Shown here: one piece after another, positions 42,397-52,640 of the stretch | Position numbering within the stretch: the stretch's first letter is position 1 | How the letters are laid out: each line of letters opens with the position of its first letter | Origin: Candidatus Acidiferrales bacterium | GTDB lineage: Bacteria; Acidobacteriota; Terriglobia; Acidiferrales; UBA7541 | DNA length: 64,000 bases | NCBI GenBank assembly: GCA_963726725.1 | Contig: CAVSDV010000023.1 | Location: 15,203 to 79,202, forward strand | Reading direction: 5' to 3' | Translations under genes and position numbers: made by a program | Notes under the pieces: generated by a model | Databases searched by the model: none | What the model was told of the DNA's origin: nothing | Seen by the model: the letters and a program-made list of their open reading frames with translations, nothing else

Positions 42397-42768
42397 CGCC
42401 CCTCCGTGCTTGCTGTTGCTTGTTGGGCTTTTGCTAGTGCCCTTCAACAAAGCAAACTTGGCCGGTGTATCGTAACACCGTCGCCAACGGTCTGGGCATG
42501 CTTGCCCAAAAACCCGTCGCGCACGTGTCCCTAACTCATTGGACTTGCAGGAGCCAAAATCTAAACATTAAACTGCACACAATCATTTTCCGGGCCGATT
42601 GACCCGCGGGTGAGCAATTTTTCACTCATGCGGCCAGAGGTAGGCTGAAAGCGAAAAGCACGTGTGGTGCTAAGCGGGCCCCCGAATCTAAGTGGAGGTA
42701 GCCATCCGCGCGCAAAGGTGGAAACGCGAGCTCGCGTCCACTGCCTCCGGATTCAACCGGAGGCACGT

Positions 42769-42802
42769 TGGGACCAATTCAGCTGGGACCATCTTGGGAC
42801 CA
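42769..42802. repeat. Three TGGGACCA direct repeats (integrase arm-site-like)
   Basis: Copies at 42769, 42784, 42795, 70 nt from a tRNA fragment. Confidence 0.6.
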
Positions 42803-42871
42803 GAACACTCCGCTTTATAGTCTTATTTGGTAGGTTGAGCAGCGCAAGGGCAACAGAATCATCAGGATTTA

Positions 42872-42894
42872 TGGTAGGGGCGGCGGGGCTCGAA
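42872..42894 (-). pseudogene. tRNA 3'-end fragment (att relic), isotype undetermined
   Basis: Reverse complement TTCGAGCCCCGCCGCCCCTACCA = T loop, acceptor strand and CCA. Confidence 0.65.
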
Positions 42895-43106
42895 AACAGC
42901 CCCACAATTCTAAGCCCCGTGATTTAGCGGCGTTGCAACCGCCCTCCAAATCCAATTGCTGATCCTGCTGACTGAGAGTCTACCTAAAGAGGCAAGTGAA
43001 ATTCGCTTCTCGGTCCATGTGTATTGGTCCGATGCGGCCAGGTTTCCTACAACCCCGTTTCTGGCCAGTGACACATACTTGTCCAATCATGCGACGTTTC
43101 ACAGCA

Positions 43107-44207
43107 TTAATCAGGGTTCTTGAGCCGGTAAATTTCACGGGCTTCCCTGGTCAGCCGTTTGATGCGCTGCTTCTCTTGGGATCGCACTTGGGGATCCATC
43201 TTCCGCCGGAGAAATTCCTGCTCGCGCAAGAGCTTTCGGTGATTTTCGAGCCGCGCCAAGTCCAATGTTCCAGCTTGCACTGCCGCTTGCACTGCACAAC
43301 CAGGCTCCGTCTCGTGACGGCAATCGTTGAATCGGCACTGTGCCGCCAGCAAGTTAATATCCGCGAAAGCCTGTGCTAGACCTTCCTCCGCATCCCAAAG
43401 CTGCAATTCGCGCAACCCTGGGGTGTCTATGAGTAGCGCCCCGCCTGGCAAAGCGAAGAGTTCGCGGGCAGTCGTGGTGTGTTGGCCGCGACTGTCATTC
43501 GCACGCACGTCATTTACTTTCTGAAGCGGTTCTCCTAGGAGTCGGTTTGTCAGCGTCGATTTCCCGACGCCAGAGGAACCCAGCATCACTATCGTCCTCC
43601 CCGGTATGAGCAAAGGCTTGAATTCCTCGATTCCCTGACTGGTTTTTGCGCTGACAACGAATACAGGGGTACCCAACACCACTCGTTCCATTTCGGCCGC
43701 CTTCTCACACGTGTTTTCGCACGCGTCGGCTTTATTTAAAATGAGGACTGGTTTTACTCCAGACTCCCAACACTGCGCGAGGTAGCGTTCAACGCGACGC
43801 GGATTGAAATCCCCATCCAGCGCAGATACGACTAGCGCCGTGTCTACATTCGCTGCGATTACTTGTTCTACGATCATTTTGCCAGACGATTTGCGGATAA
43901 AGCGGTTCCGCCGCGTCAAGACCGCGCGGATCACTGCCACCGCGCCTGCCCCTTGCAGTTCCACCGATACCCAATCGCCCACAGCCGGCCATGCTGCGCC
44001 TTCTTCTGCAGCAAGACGCAGCTTGCCGCTGGCCTCCGCCAAACATATGCCAAACGCTCCTGCAACGCGCCAGAACTTACGTTGCTGTGACACAACACGC
44101 GCAGGCATGGCATTCTCCCGCTCTCCTTCGCTCCACATTGCCTGAAAATACGAATTCCATCCCCATTGACAAAGAGACACGGATGCATCCTCCCGCAGTC
44201 GCAACAC
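43107..44207 (-). CDS. rsgA: Ribosome small subunit-dependent GTPase A
   Basis: AVGDWV, AANVD, NKAD, GSSGVGKSTL, GQHTTT, DTPG, CRFNDCRHETEPGC; true start may be GTG near 44180. Confidence 0.92.
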   Translation of the reverse strand: MLRLREDASVSLCQWGWNSYFQAMWSEGERENAMPARVVSQQRKFWRVAGAFGICLAEASGKLRLAAEEGAAWPAVGDWVSVELQGAGAVAVIRAVLTRRNRFIRKSSGKMIVEQVIAANVDTALVVSALDGDFNPRRVERYLAQCWESGVKPVLILNKADACENTCEKAAEMERVVLGTPVFVVSAKTSQGIEEFKPLLIPGRTIVMLGSSGVGKSTLTNRLLGEPLQKVNDVRANDSRGQHTTTARELFALPGGALLIDTPGLRELQLWDAEEGLAQAFADINLLAAQCRFNDCRHETEPGCAVQAAVQAGTLDLARLENHRKLLREQEFLRRKMDPQVRSQEKQRIKRLTREAREIYRLKNPD

Positions 44208-44901
44208 AGCACACGACTGCCGTTAGTGCCGAAAACTGAACTGCTCTAGTTTTCACAGATTGGAAATGCGGGAGGGGCGACTCGATCAGTTCACGTCAAC
44301 CAAGGAGACACACCCACCCGCGGGAACTTTGGTGTTGGTTCGCACAGGCGCCTCCAAGATTTGGATCTACAGTTCACACAAGATGTGGGAACTGAAATTC
44401 CCAAAAGTCTACCTACGGAAAGCGCCCACGTCAATTTTGAATTTAGATGTGGTGCATGGGATTGGATGCAGTTCATGAGGCAGAATGGCCGAGTTTTTTC
44501 GTGCATTGGAAGTGAGCTCATCCCCGTCACTGGACGTTTAACGGGGAGACCGGAATTTATCCCGGCCAAGATATCCGGATGTGGGAAGGGACGTTTCGTA
44601 AAGGGTCGATTGCGTTTTCATCTCCGCGAACCCCGTTTCAGGGGAGCTTCCGAGTTGACCATCGGGAGTTGATCGGTTCGGTCAACACTAGCGCGTTAGG
44701 CATGACTGATCGCCCCCTGAGATTGCAACTAGTCCCAACTTCCGCATTGCCCGTCACTCGTTCGGGATCACAAGCGCGGTGTTCCCCGGCTGACGGATTT
44801 GGTGTAAATATGCGGATTACCGCCCTTCGTGCACCCACGGCCCGCAGAAATTCCCAGGCCGCAGGACATGAATGGTGAGTTGTTCTCGGGAGCCAACTTA
44901 A

Positions 44902-46185
44902 TCAGTCGTCATCGTGTATGGGACGCAAGTTGTTCTTGTAAACTGCAGTGCCGACCGCTCGGCCTAAGCGCTCGCCAGCGTCCTGGTCGGTTCGAAAATG
45001 TATTCCGCCGTAAACCCGCGCGTCAGAGATGTCGTCGATGATCTGCTTGAACGAGTTGTACTGCAGGACGATGGGAGTGGCCCCAGGATTCGAAATGGTC
45101 ATCAAGTGCCCGCTCTCACCATAGAGACGGCGCAGAACCTCGGCTCCTCCATTACTACCGCTGCCGTGATTCGAGGGGTAGCTAGGGAAACACGGGGTGA
45201 GAATGAATGGGAGAAAGTTGGGATCGCCTTCCGTCTTAGGGTTTCCGTCTGTATCGCCAGCACGGATTGCCGTCTCCGGACGCCAGAAGATGTAGTGGTA
45301 CTTGTTGAAGAACGACGCCACAAGGCTGTCACTGATCGCCATGTTGATCAGCGCCAGGGCACGCGCGTTCTCGGACAGAGAGCCCCACCGCTCCTGGGCG
45401 ACCTGGCGGGCGGCCTGATTGAACACCAGGGTCGGCGAGGATACCTCATAGAAGAGCACCACATTCTCCCGGTCCAGCGAGCGTTCGGTGCTGGTGAGGC
45501 TCCCTACGGTCTTTACCTCGTTGTAGGTTTTGGCGTACCGGTTGCTGCTGAGCGCTGGCGGGGGATCAAGAAGATATGCGTGAGCATCCGGAATGCCGAA
45601 GGGAGTTAAATTCTGCCAGTGATAGAAGGCTCCGACGGCGACTCCGCTGATGACTGGGCAGCTTGGAGTGGCCTGCCATGCTCCGGGAACAAGCGGACCT
45701 GGAGTATAGAACTGCGGCGGTGAGGAGCCGTCGTTCGCGCGCAGCGCGATCATCGCCGCAGCCGCCGCGTGCCCGGTTGCTATGCCATCGGTTTTGGCCT
45801 GGCCGTCCGGTATCGGTGCCAGCGAATTCGAGAGCGCCGCTTGGAGCGTTGACGCGCTGTTCGGGAAATAGTTAATCAGCACATCGTAGGCAGCTTGGGC
45901 AGCGGCTGCGTCAGCCGAGGCGCCCGGCGCCGCCTTGATGGTTCCAAGGTACGGATGGTACTCGCCTGTTATCGCATTCACGGCCTCGAAAACTGCGAGT
46001 TGCACGATGGCTCCATACCGCGCCTGAGCGAAGGGGTTCTGGCCGTTGGCATTGAACGTGTCCACGGCGATAGCGTTCCAGTCCAGGACCACGTCGGCTT
46101 GTGCCGTAGCCCAGCAGAACAGCAGGATCGCCAGCAAGACGTACTTGGCGAAGCAGTGTTTCCTTGTTCGAGCGTGCGCGTTCAT
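44902..46185 (-). CDS. Secreted vanadium-dependent haloperoxidase-like (PAP2 superfamily) protein
   Basis: Signal peptide, DVVLDWN, KYHYIFWRP, FPSYPSNH, DARVYGGIHF; GGAGGA RBS. Confidence 0.88.
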   Translation of the reverse strand: MNAHARTRKHCFAKYVLLAILLFCWATAQADVVLDWNAIAVDTFNANGQNPFAQARYGAIVQLAVFEAVNAITGEYHPYLGTIKAAPGASADAAAAQAAYDVLINYFPNSASTLQAALSNSLAPIPDGQAKTDGIATGHAAAAAMIALRANDGSSPPQFYTPGPLVPGAWQATPSCPVISGVAVGAFYHWQNLTPFGIPDAHAYLLDPPPALSSNRYAKTYNEVKTVGSLTSTERSLDRENVVLFYEVSSPTLVFNQAARQVAQERWGSLSENARALALINMAISDSLVASFFNKYHYIFWRPETAIRAGDTDGNPKTEGDPNFLPFILTPCFPSYPSNHGSGSNGGAEVLRRLYGESGHLMTISNPGATPIVLQYNSFKQIIDDISDARVYGGIHFRTDQDAGERLGRAVGTAVYKNNLRPIHDDD

Positions 46186-46357
46186 AATCTTTCCTCCGTA
46201 TGCCCGGTAGATTTTCGGTAGATCCCGGGGCATCACGCCCTTATCCTGCAATCCGGCAGAAGCAGGCAATGCAGACCTTCTAAACACGAGGTGAAGTTTT
46301 CCTGAACCGCTAAGTTGATGACATTGTTGCTTCTACGCCGCTCATGGGGCAATATGA

Positions 46358-49357
46358 GTGAACTTCATTTCGGGCCCCACGGGAGAGTTTTTGGCCCAAG
46401 AAGTCCAGTTCGGTGATTTCACGCTTGACCATTCGCGTTACCAACTGCTGCGGGGCGACCGTCCTCTACACTTGGAAAAGCGGCCGATGGACTTGCTCAT
46501 CCTGCTGGTGCAGCGGGGCGGAGAGTTGGTCACGCGCGACGAGATCGCCGAGCGCCTGTGGGGCAAGGACGTATTCCTCGATATCGATCACAGCATCAAC
46601 ACCGCCATTCGTAAAGTTCGGCAGGCGTTGCGGGATGATCCGGACAAGCCTCGTTACATAGAGACTGTAGTCGGCAAGGGATACCGATTCGCTGCCCCGG
46701 TGACCCACAAAAGCGGCGGTTCGACCCGGATGCCCGAGTCTAGGCCACGCGACACTAGCCCTCCAGCGCCGATGCAAATGGTGGTCGGCCGAGAAAGTGT
46801 GCTCTGCGAGATGACTGCGGCTTGCGAAACGGCGGCCGCTGGCCATCGTCAGGTGCTTTTCATCACGGGTGAGCCGGGAATTGGCAAGACCACAACAGTG
46901 CAGGCGTTTCTTGCCGACATTGTGAATTCCGTGCGATCTCTACGGGCAGCTTGGGGTCAGTGCATCCAGCACTATGGGATCGGCGAACCTTATCGGCCGT
47001 TGCTCGAAGCGCTGGTACGGCTTTGCCAACAGCCTGATGGCGATCGTTTTCTGTCTGCACTCCAGCGTCACGGTCCTACATGGCTGGCGCAAATGCCGGG
47101 ACTCTTAACTCTGGGGGATCGCGCAACCCTGGAGCGGACTGCCGCCAACGCGACACGGGAACGAATGCTCCGCGAACTGACCAATACGCTTGAGGCAATC
47201 ACAGCCATGACTCCGTTTGTTTTGTGGGTTGACGATCTTCAGTGGAGTGATGCTTCGACTCTCGATTGGATTTCGGCCTTTGCCCAGCGACCCGAACCAG
47301 CGCGCATTTTACTGATTGGAACCTTTCGGCCGCCCGAGACAAAGGGTATCGAGCATCCGTTGGACGCTGTGACCGACTGCCTGATGCAAAGAGGGTGCGG
47401 TCGAGAAATTGCACTCGGCGGACTAGACAAGGCGGCAATCATCCATTACTTGGAGCGGCGGTATCCACCTGCACTAGGCCAGGAGCAACGATTTGCGCAA
47501 CTAGCACAAGTGGTGCAAATGCGTACAGCCGGCAATCCTCTTTTCATGATCAATGTTTTGGGCGATCTGGTCGCGCGTGGGCTGCTGGTGCGACAAGACC
47601 GAGGGTGGATCGTGAACGCCGAAATCGAGACGCTCGATCTGGGCGTGCCCGATGACGTGCGTAAAACGATTGAGCGCATGATAGAGCGTCTACCTGCGGC
47701 GGAGCGTGAGTTGCTCGAAGTTGCAAGCGGAGTCGGTTTGGACTTTTCAGCATCCTCGGTCGCTACTGCAGCCGGGCGCCAGGCCATTGACGTTGAAAGG
47801 GCCTTCGCCGTGCTGAGCCGTCAGCAGCGATTCCTGCGCTATCTTGGTCCTGTTGATTACCCTGATGGATCGGTGTCCTCGCGATTCGAGTTTGTTCATG
47901 CTCTCTATCGTGACGTGCTGTATGAGCGTATTCCGGTCGGGTATCGCATAGAGTTACACAGGAGGCTGGGAGACGCACTGGAGGCTTTGTGGGGTGAAAG
48001 GTCATCAGAAATCGCTGCCGAGTTGGCGATGCATTTCGAGCAAAGCCGCCGCTTAGAACGTGCGGGCTTCTATCGGAGGCATGCCGCGCTGAACGCACAA
48101 CGGCGCCGCGCGTACGGGGAAGCAAGGATGCACTTTGAGCGGGCACTCTCTCTGCTGAGCATGGAGCCGCCCAGTAACGATCGCACCGAACGCGAGGCTT
48201 TGCTCCAAATGGGTCTCGGTGCCGCACTCATGCCTGCTCTCGGGTGGGGTGCTCCAGAAGTGGAGGAATCCTATGCACGAGCCCGCACCTTGTGCGAAGG
48301 ATTTAAGGACAACTTGGGGTTGTTTCCTGCACTTTGGGGACTTTGGCTTTTCTACTGGGGCCGTGGACCACTGAGCACTGCCCAGCAAATAGCAGACGAC
48401 CTGAGTCGGCTTTCGCGCGGACATGATGATCTGGCATTGCGCCTGCAGGCAAAGCACGCATGTTGGGCCACAGCTTTCCTGCGTGGCGATCTCGAGCAAG
48501 CTTGCGATCACGCTGCCGACGGCCTCGCTTTGTATAAAGCTGATCGGGACGTGCCGATGGCGGCGACCTATGGCAGCCACGATGCTGGGGTGTGTGCCCG
48601 GTATTTCCGAGCTCGAGCGCTCGCAATGCAAGGGAAGTTGGCGGAGGCTGTACAAACTGCGGACGAAGCGATCGCAGTTGCTCGCGCCCTGAATGATCAG
48701 TTTTCGCTCGCGCTAGCACACGTGTTCGCCTCGTCGGTGCACGAGGCGCGCCGGGACGTTACGGCGGTCAAGACGCATGCTGATGCTGCGATCAACATTG
48801 CCCGGGCGGAGGATTTCCGCCTCATGGACGTATGGGCCGCGCCGCTACAAGGCTGGTCCGCGGTCCACGAGGGGCGCCATGGGGAAGGGCTGCAGTGCAT
48901 CGAGGCGGCATTAGCAGAAGCTCGATCTAACGGTTCCAATTCATTCCTTCCATACTCACTTGGTCTATACGCTGAATGTTGTCTGATTGCAAGACGAACG
49001 GTAGGCGCCGACAACGCTATTGCGGAGGCTTTCGCAATAGTGTCCCGAACTGGCGAACGCTTCTGGGAAGCGGAACTCTTGAGACTTCAAGGGGAAATTG
49101 AGCTAGTGCGAAGCGGTGGCGGGTGCGTTGACCCACAAATAGAGACAACGTTTCTAACCGCGATTGATGTCGCTCAACGCGCCGGCGCGAGAGTGCTGGT
49201 CTTGCGGGCCAGTAGAAGTCTAGCCAAGTTCTACCACTGCCTCGGTCGCAGCAGTGATGGGCGTCGAATCCTGGCTTCGGCTCAAAGTGAGTTCTCCGAA
49301 GGTCTCTCTTCGGAGGACAAGCATATTCTGGAGTTTCTCTTACTGACTCCCGCATAA
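46358..49357 (+). CDS. Winged-helix (Trans_reg_C) + AAA ATPase + TPR regulator
   Basis: IETVVGKGYRF, GEPGIGKT, WVDDLQWSD, TAGNPLF, FVHALYR, ERFWEAELLRLQG. Confidence 0.9.
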   Translation: MNFISGPTGEFLAQEVQFGDFTLDHSRYQLLRGDRPLHLEKRPMDLLILLVQRGGELVTRDEIAERLWGKDVFLDIDHSINTAIRKVRQALRDDPDKPRYIETVVGKGYRFAAPVTHKSGGSTRMPESRPRDTSPPAPMQMVVGRESVLCEMTAACETAAAGHRQVLFITGEPGIGKTTTVQAFLADIVNSVRSLRAAWGQCIQHYGIGEPYRPLLEALVRLCQQPDGDRFLSALQRHGPTWLAQMPGLLTLGDRATLERTAANATRERMLRELTNTLEAITAMTPFVLWVDDLQWSDASTLDWISAFAQRPEPARILLIGTFRPPETKGIEHPLDAVTDCLMQRGCGREIALGGLDKAAIIHYLERRYPPALGQEQRFAQLAQVVQMRTAGNPLFMINVLGDLVARGLLVRQDRGWIVNAEIETLDLGVPDDVRKTIERMIERLPAAERELLEVASGVGLDFSASSVATAAGRQAIDVERAFAVLSRQQRFLRYLGPVDYPDGSVSSRFEFVHALYRDVLYERIPVGYRIELHRRLGDALEALWGERSSEIAAELAMHFEQSRRLERAGFYRRHAALNAQRRRAYGEARMHFERALSLLSMEPPSNDRTEREALLQMGLGAALMPALGWGAPEVEESYARARTLCEGFKDNLGLFPALWGLWLFYWGRGPLSTAQQIADDLSRLSRGHDDLALRLQAKHACWATAFLRGDLEQACDHAADGLALYKADRDVPMAATYGSHDAGVCARYFRARALAMQGKLAEAVQTADEAIAVARALNDQFSLALAHVFASSVHEARRDVTAVKTHADAAINIARAEDFRLMDVWAAPLQGWSAVHEGRHGEGLQCIEAALAEARSNGSNSFLPYSLGLYAECCLIARRTVGADNAIAEAFAIVSRTGERFWEAELLRLQGEIELVRSGGGCVDPQIETTFLTAIDVAQRAGARVLVLRASRSLAKFYHCLGRSSDGRRILASAQSEFSEGLSSEDKHILEFLLLTPA

Positions 49358-49916
49358 TATAAAGTCATTCTGGCCACAAAGAAGATTGCTTCCAGAAAGC
49401 AGTGATCAGGCGCGGACGGCGGCGCATGTGACGTAGCGTTTGGCGCGCTGTTTCGCTCAGTTGCCAGCTGTTTCTCGGATGCGCAGTCTTTACCGGCTAC
49501 AGCTCCTCCAAACATGGCAGCCAGGGCAGGAGTTATGGCAGCGTGGAAGGTTACCTTTGCGAATTTTAGCAGCCCTATCAGCATTTGTCGGTTTTAAATA
49601 CCCGATAACTCTTATCGGAAAAGTGAATACACTGCGCAAGCCCACCGGTCGACCACACCATCGGTCACCTTTTTTACAGAACAGCAACACAGAAGACATG
49701 AACGTAATCTACAAAGGGAGGGCTCACAGGAGATACAGATGCAAGATCAAACTGCCGTAACCCAGTTGCTAACCGCGCACGAACACGATCTGTTGGAACT
49801 TGGGACCGAAGTCGAAGCCCTCAAGGCAGGCCTGAAGTAACGCAGACATGCTCGTAAGTTTGAAGCACGCTGCCCATAAAATTAGCGCCAGACCGTCACG
49901 CCCCCGTTGAAGAACT

Positions 49917-50275
49917 CTAATGTTTCCGCGCTCGCAGCGCCAATTTCTGAGCCATCCTCAGGGGCAAGCCTCTCTTCCTGTCGTCCATTCGCGTTAGATC
50001 TCTGCTCAGGAGCACAAGCTCTTTCCATTCTTTTGGGCGTTCGCCCCAGAGCGATAATTTCTCGCTGACCGCTAAGCGTTTCATTTTGGGAAGAGGTTCC
50101 TCGCCGTCGTGGAAAATCTCATAGAGCGGCACTTCCAGCGCTCTCGCCAACTTCTCCAGCGTATCAACCGTTGGCACGGTGTGTCCGTTCTCCACGCGGG
50201 AAACATAACAACGCAACACCCCTGTGCGTGTTTCAATCGTACCTTGGCTGAATTTCTTGGCTTCGCGGAGTTCTT
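49917..50275 (-). pseudogene. XRE-family HTH regulator, 5' damaged
   Basis: LREAKKFSQG.IE.RTG / LRCYVSRVENGHTVPTVDTLEKLARALEVP split by a frameshift; no clear start. Confidence 0.7.
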
Positions 50276-50333
50276 TGTTGCGAAAGGATATAACAATCGG
50301 GGGAAGTCACAAACAGCAAGTTGAAGCCGTGAC

Positions 50334-50747
50334 TTAGGAAAGTTCCACCTGGAATTTCTCTTTTGCTCGAATCCGAACCCAATCTTGTGCTTCCGCCAGC
50401 GACGGAAAGATTTTCGTCTCCCAGCCGATTCCCTCGATGAATGCCTCCCACATCCGGGCAAGCGCAAAAACAACATTCTGCTCCGCAACCAAGGCAACGA
50501 GCAATCCGGGCGCTGCACATGATGCAATCTGGAGGTCTTGCAACACTATGCCGTCCATCTCACTTGGTGAAAAAAATGTTGGCTCCATCAAAGCTGCATC
50601 AATGACAGCATATTTGAGCTTCCGTATCCGGTCCGGGGCGGCTAGAAGTTGGTCATTGGCAACTGAGAAGTGTTGCAGGCCCAACGTCCCTTTACACCGA
50701 TAGATGACGCCCAGCCCATCATGAACGAACTCAAGCTGGATTGGCAT
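50334..50747 (-). CDS. Hypothetical protein (STAS/SpoIIAA-like)
   Basis: VALVAEQNVVFALARMWE...IFPSLAEAQDW pattern. Confidence 0.6.
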   Translation of the reverse strand: MPIQLEFVHDGLGVIYRCKGTLGLQHFSVANDQLLAAPDRIRKLKYAVIDAALMEPTFFSPSEMDGIVLQDLQIASCAAPGLLVALVAEQNVVFALARMWEAFIEGIGWETKIFPSLAEAQDWVRIRAKEKFQVELS

Positions 50748-51249
50748 TCCCGGGGGCCCTCGGCACCCTTGAAGATGGATGCCATTCGGAAATATTAGCA
50801 GCAATTCGGAAAAAGAGGTGGTTTGCTCATCCAGCGACCACCAAACGTCTCACAATTTCCGGCGGCCCGAAAAGATTACCCACGATTCCTTTGGTCGCCT
50901 ATCGAGGCCTCGTCCTTTCAGTCAGTTAGGGTTTTCGAAAGTGGCGCCTGGTTTGCTCCTAGTCATGATAGATTTCGCCCTCGATCCACTCATCGAGGTG
51001 CGAAAATGCGCAAAGATTATGTCGGCCTCGCATCCATATTCCTGCGCCTAGCAATGGCACCGGACGCCATGGTCGGAAGCAGCGACATCGGGTGTCAGGA
51101 TGAAGCCAGGAATGCAATCAAGACTATTACCGGAAGGATTGTGAGAGGCGATGACTTACTTTTCCTCGCCGAAGAAGGAAGCATCCGCACTTACATACTG
51201 GCGGATGCAACTCACCTCAGAGTCTATGAGGGCAAGAAAGTAAGAATCG

Positions 51250-51443
51250 AATGTTCGCTTCTCTTGTGGGCGCAAGGCAAGCCGGACGCCGCGATTCGGC
51301 TTGAACAACTCTGGGATGACGTAGGCAAAGCCTTCGAGGTGGATATCCTCTGTGAGTACGCCTTGAGTAGCTTTCACAACGAGGAAGACGAGCACGTTTT
51401 TCAGAGCATCTGTGCAGAACACTCCGCCGGTTATTCGCAGTGA
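51250..51443 (+). pseudogene. C-terminal MEDS-domain-like fragment
   Basis: LLWAQGKPDAAIRLEQLWD...DILCEY...FQSICAEHS. Confidence 0.6.
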
Positions 51444-51462
51444 GCAGTAAAACACAATTCTA

Positions 51463-51600
51463 GGTTAACCTCCCGCAGCAGCGTTGTCTTTCGCAAGCAG
51501 GAGCCGTTCAGCCTCAGGAACAGCAAATTCCGCGGTTCCACAATCCAAGCAGACAACAACCTCAGGAAATACCCACACGACGGGCTAGTCAATATCTTTC
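51463..51600 (-). pseudogene. Remnant of small Cys-containing hypothetical protein
   Basis: PVVWVFPEVVVCLDCGTAEFAVPEAE. Confidence 0.45.
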
Positions 51601-51895
51601 AGTCCGAGAAAATGGATGCCCATCTCCGCCCTGAATTTCGGGAAGAGCGCGCAGAATCGGCGGGAGCAGCGCTTTCACTAGCATCAGCCGACAATGCCCA
51701 GACAGAATCCATCGTTGTTATCAAAATTGTAGCTAGAGCTAGCGCGAAACGAGCAAAAACAGAGCAAATCCAGAAAACATAAATCATCGCAATCTTTCGG
51801 CTGGAAGAGGGATTTAGTTGAATTTTCTACGAGATAGCGAATCGGAGATTTTATTTTTCAAGACTGCCGGGTTCAACAGCTCTGGCCCAGGAGCT

Positions 51896-52330
51896 CTAAT
51901 GTTCTTGCGCAATATTTGGGCCGTCGTCTCCTGACGAACGAACACCGTACAGACTCACTCTCGGATTGTGCCCCCAAGCCTCTTTGTAATACCAAAGTTC
52001 AACGGTTTCGAGGGAGCGTTCGCCGAGGAGGTCGATCACGTAGTTCCTTCCGCCAGGTGAGATCCGGTCGCTGACGATCAGTTTCTGGGAGGTGCCATCA
52101 TCGAAGTGAACGACGAGGCGGTCAAAGAAGATAGCCTCGCCGCTAACCCGCAACTGAATCGCGCGAAAGTGAACATCACGACGGGTGATCTGAATCCGGC
52201 CATGATCCTGACTGCTGTCGACCTGCGTGTAGCCCATGAAGTCCCAAAACTGTCCACGGGCGAATAGGGAGGTGGCAAAGGCAAAGGCCAAAAGCCCGGC
52301 GATAGTATGGCGAAAGCGCTCTCGGAGCAT
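51896..52330 (-). CDS. Secreted hypothetical protein (DUF2541-like)
   Basis: Signal peptide, WDFMG, FRAIQLRV, VVHFDDG, VIDL, VSLYG. Confidence 0.65.
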   Translation of the reverse strand: MLRERFRHTIAGLLAFAFATSLFARGQFWDFMGYTQVDSSQDHGRIQITRRDVHFRAIQLRVSGEAIFFDRLVVHFDDGTSQKLIVSDRISPGGRNYVIDLLGERSLETVELWYYKEAWGHNPRVSLYGVRSSGDDGPNIAQEH

Positions 52331-52640
52331 ATAGATAGTCCTAGAACTACTAGAACCATATATACCAGTGTTCCCTGTGTCCTTGACAGCGCAATCACAA
52401 GGACTTACATAATCAGTTAACGATGGCGGCGATCTTATCGTTGCCCTCGCAAGCACTCCACGGTCATCGACGGGTGTTTGAGCTCTGTTTTTCAGAACCG
52501 CGCGGGTGATTGCGAGGAGTTTGGGTTTGCGGTCCCTGTCAGAATCGCCAATTGCGCGGCCGCCACTGGACATCCAAGCTGTCCGACAGTCAGCGCAACT
52601 TGCCGGATGACGTGCGAAGAGATGTGCAGGAGATAATTCT

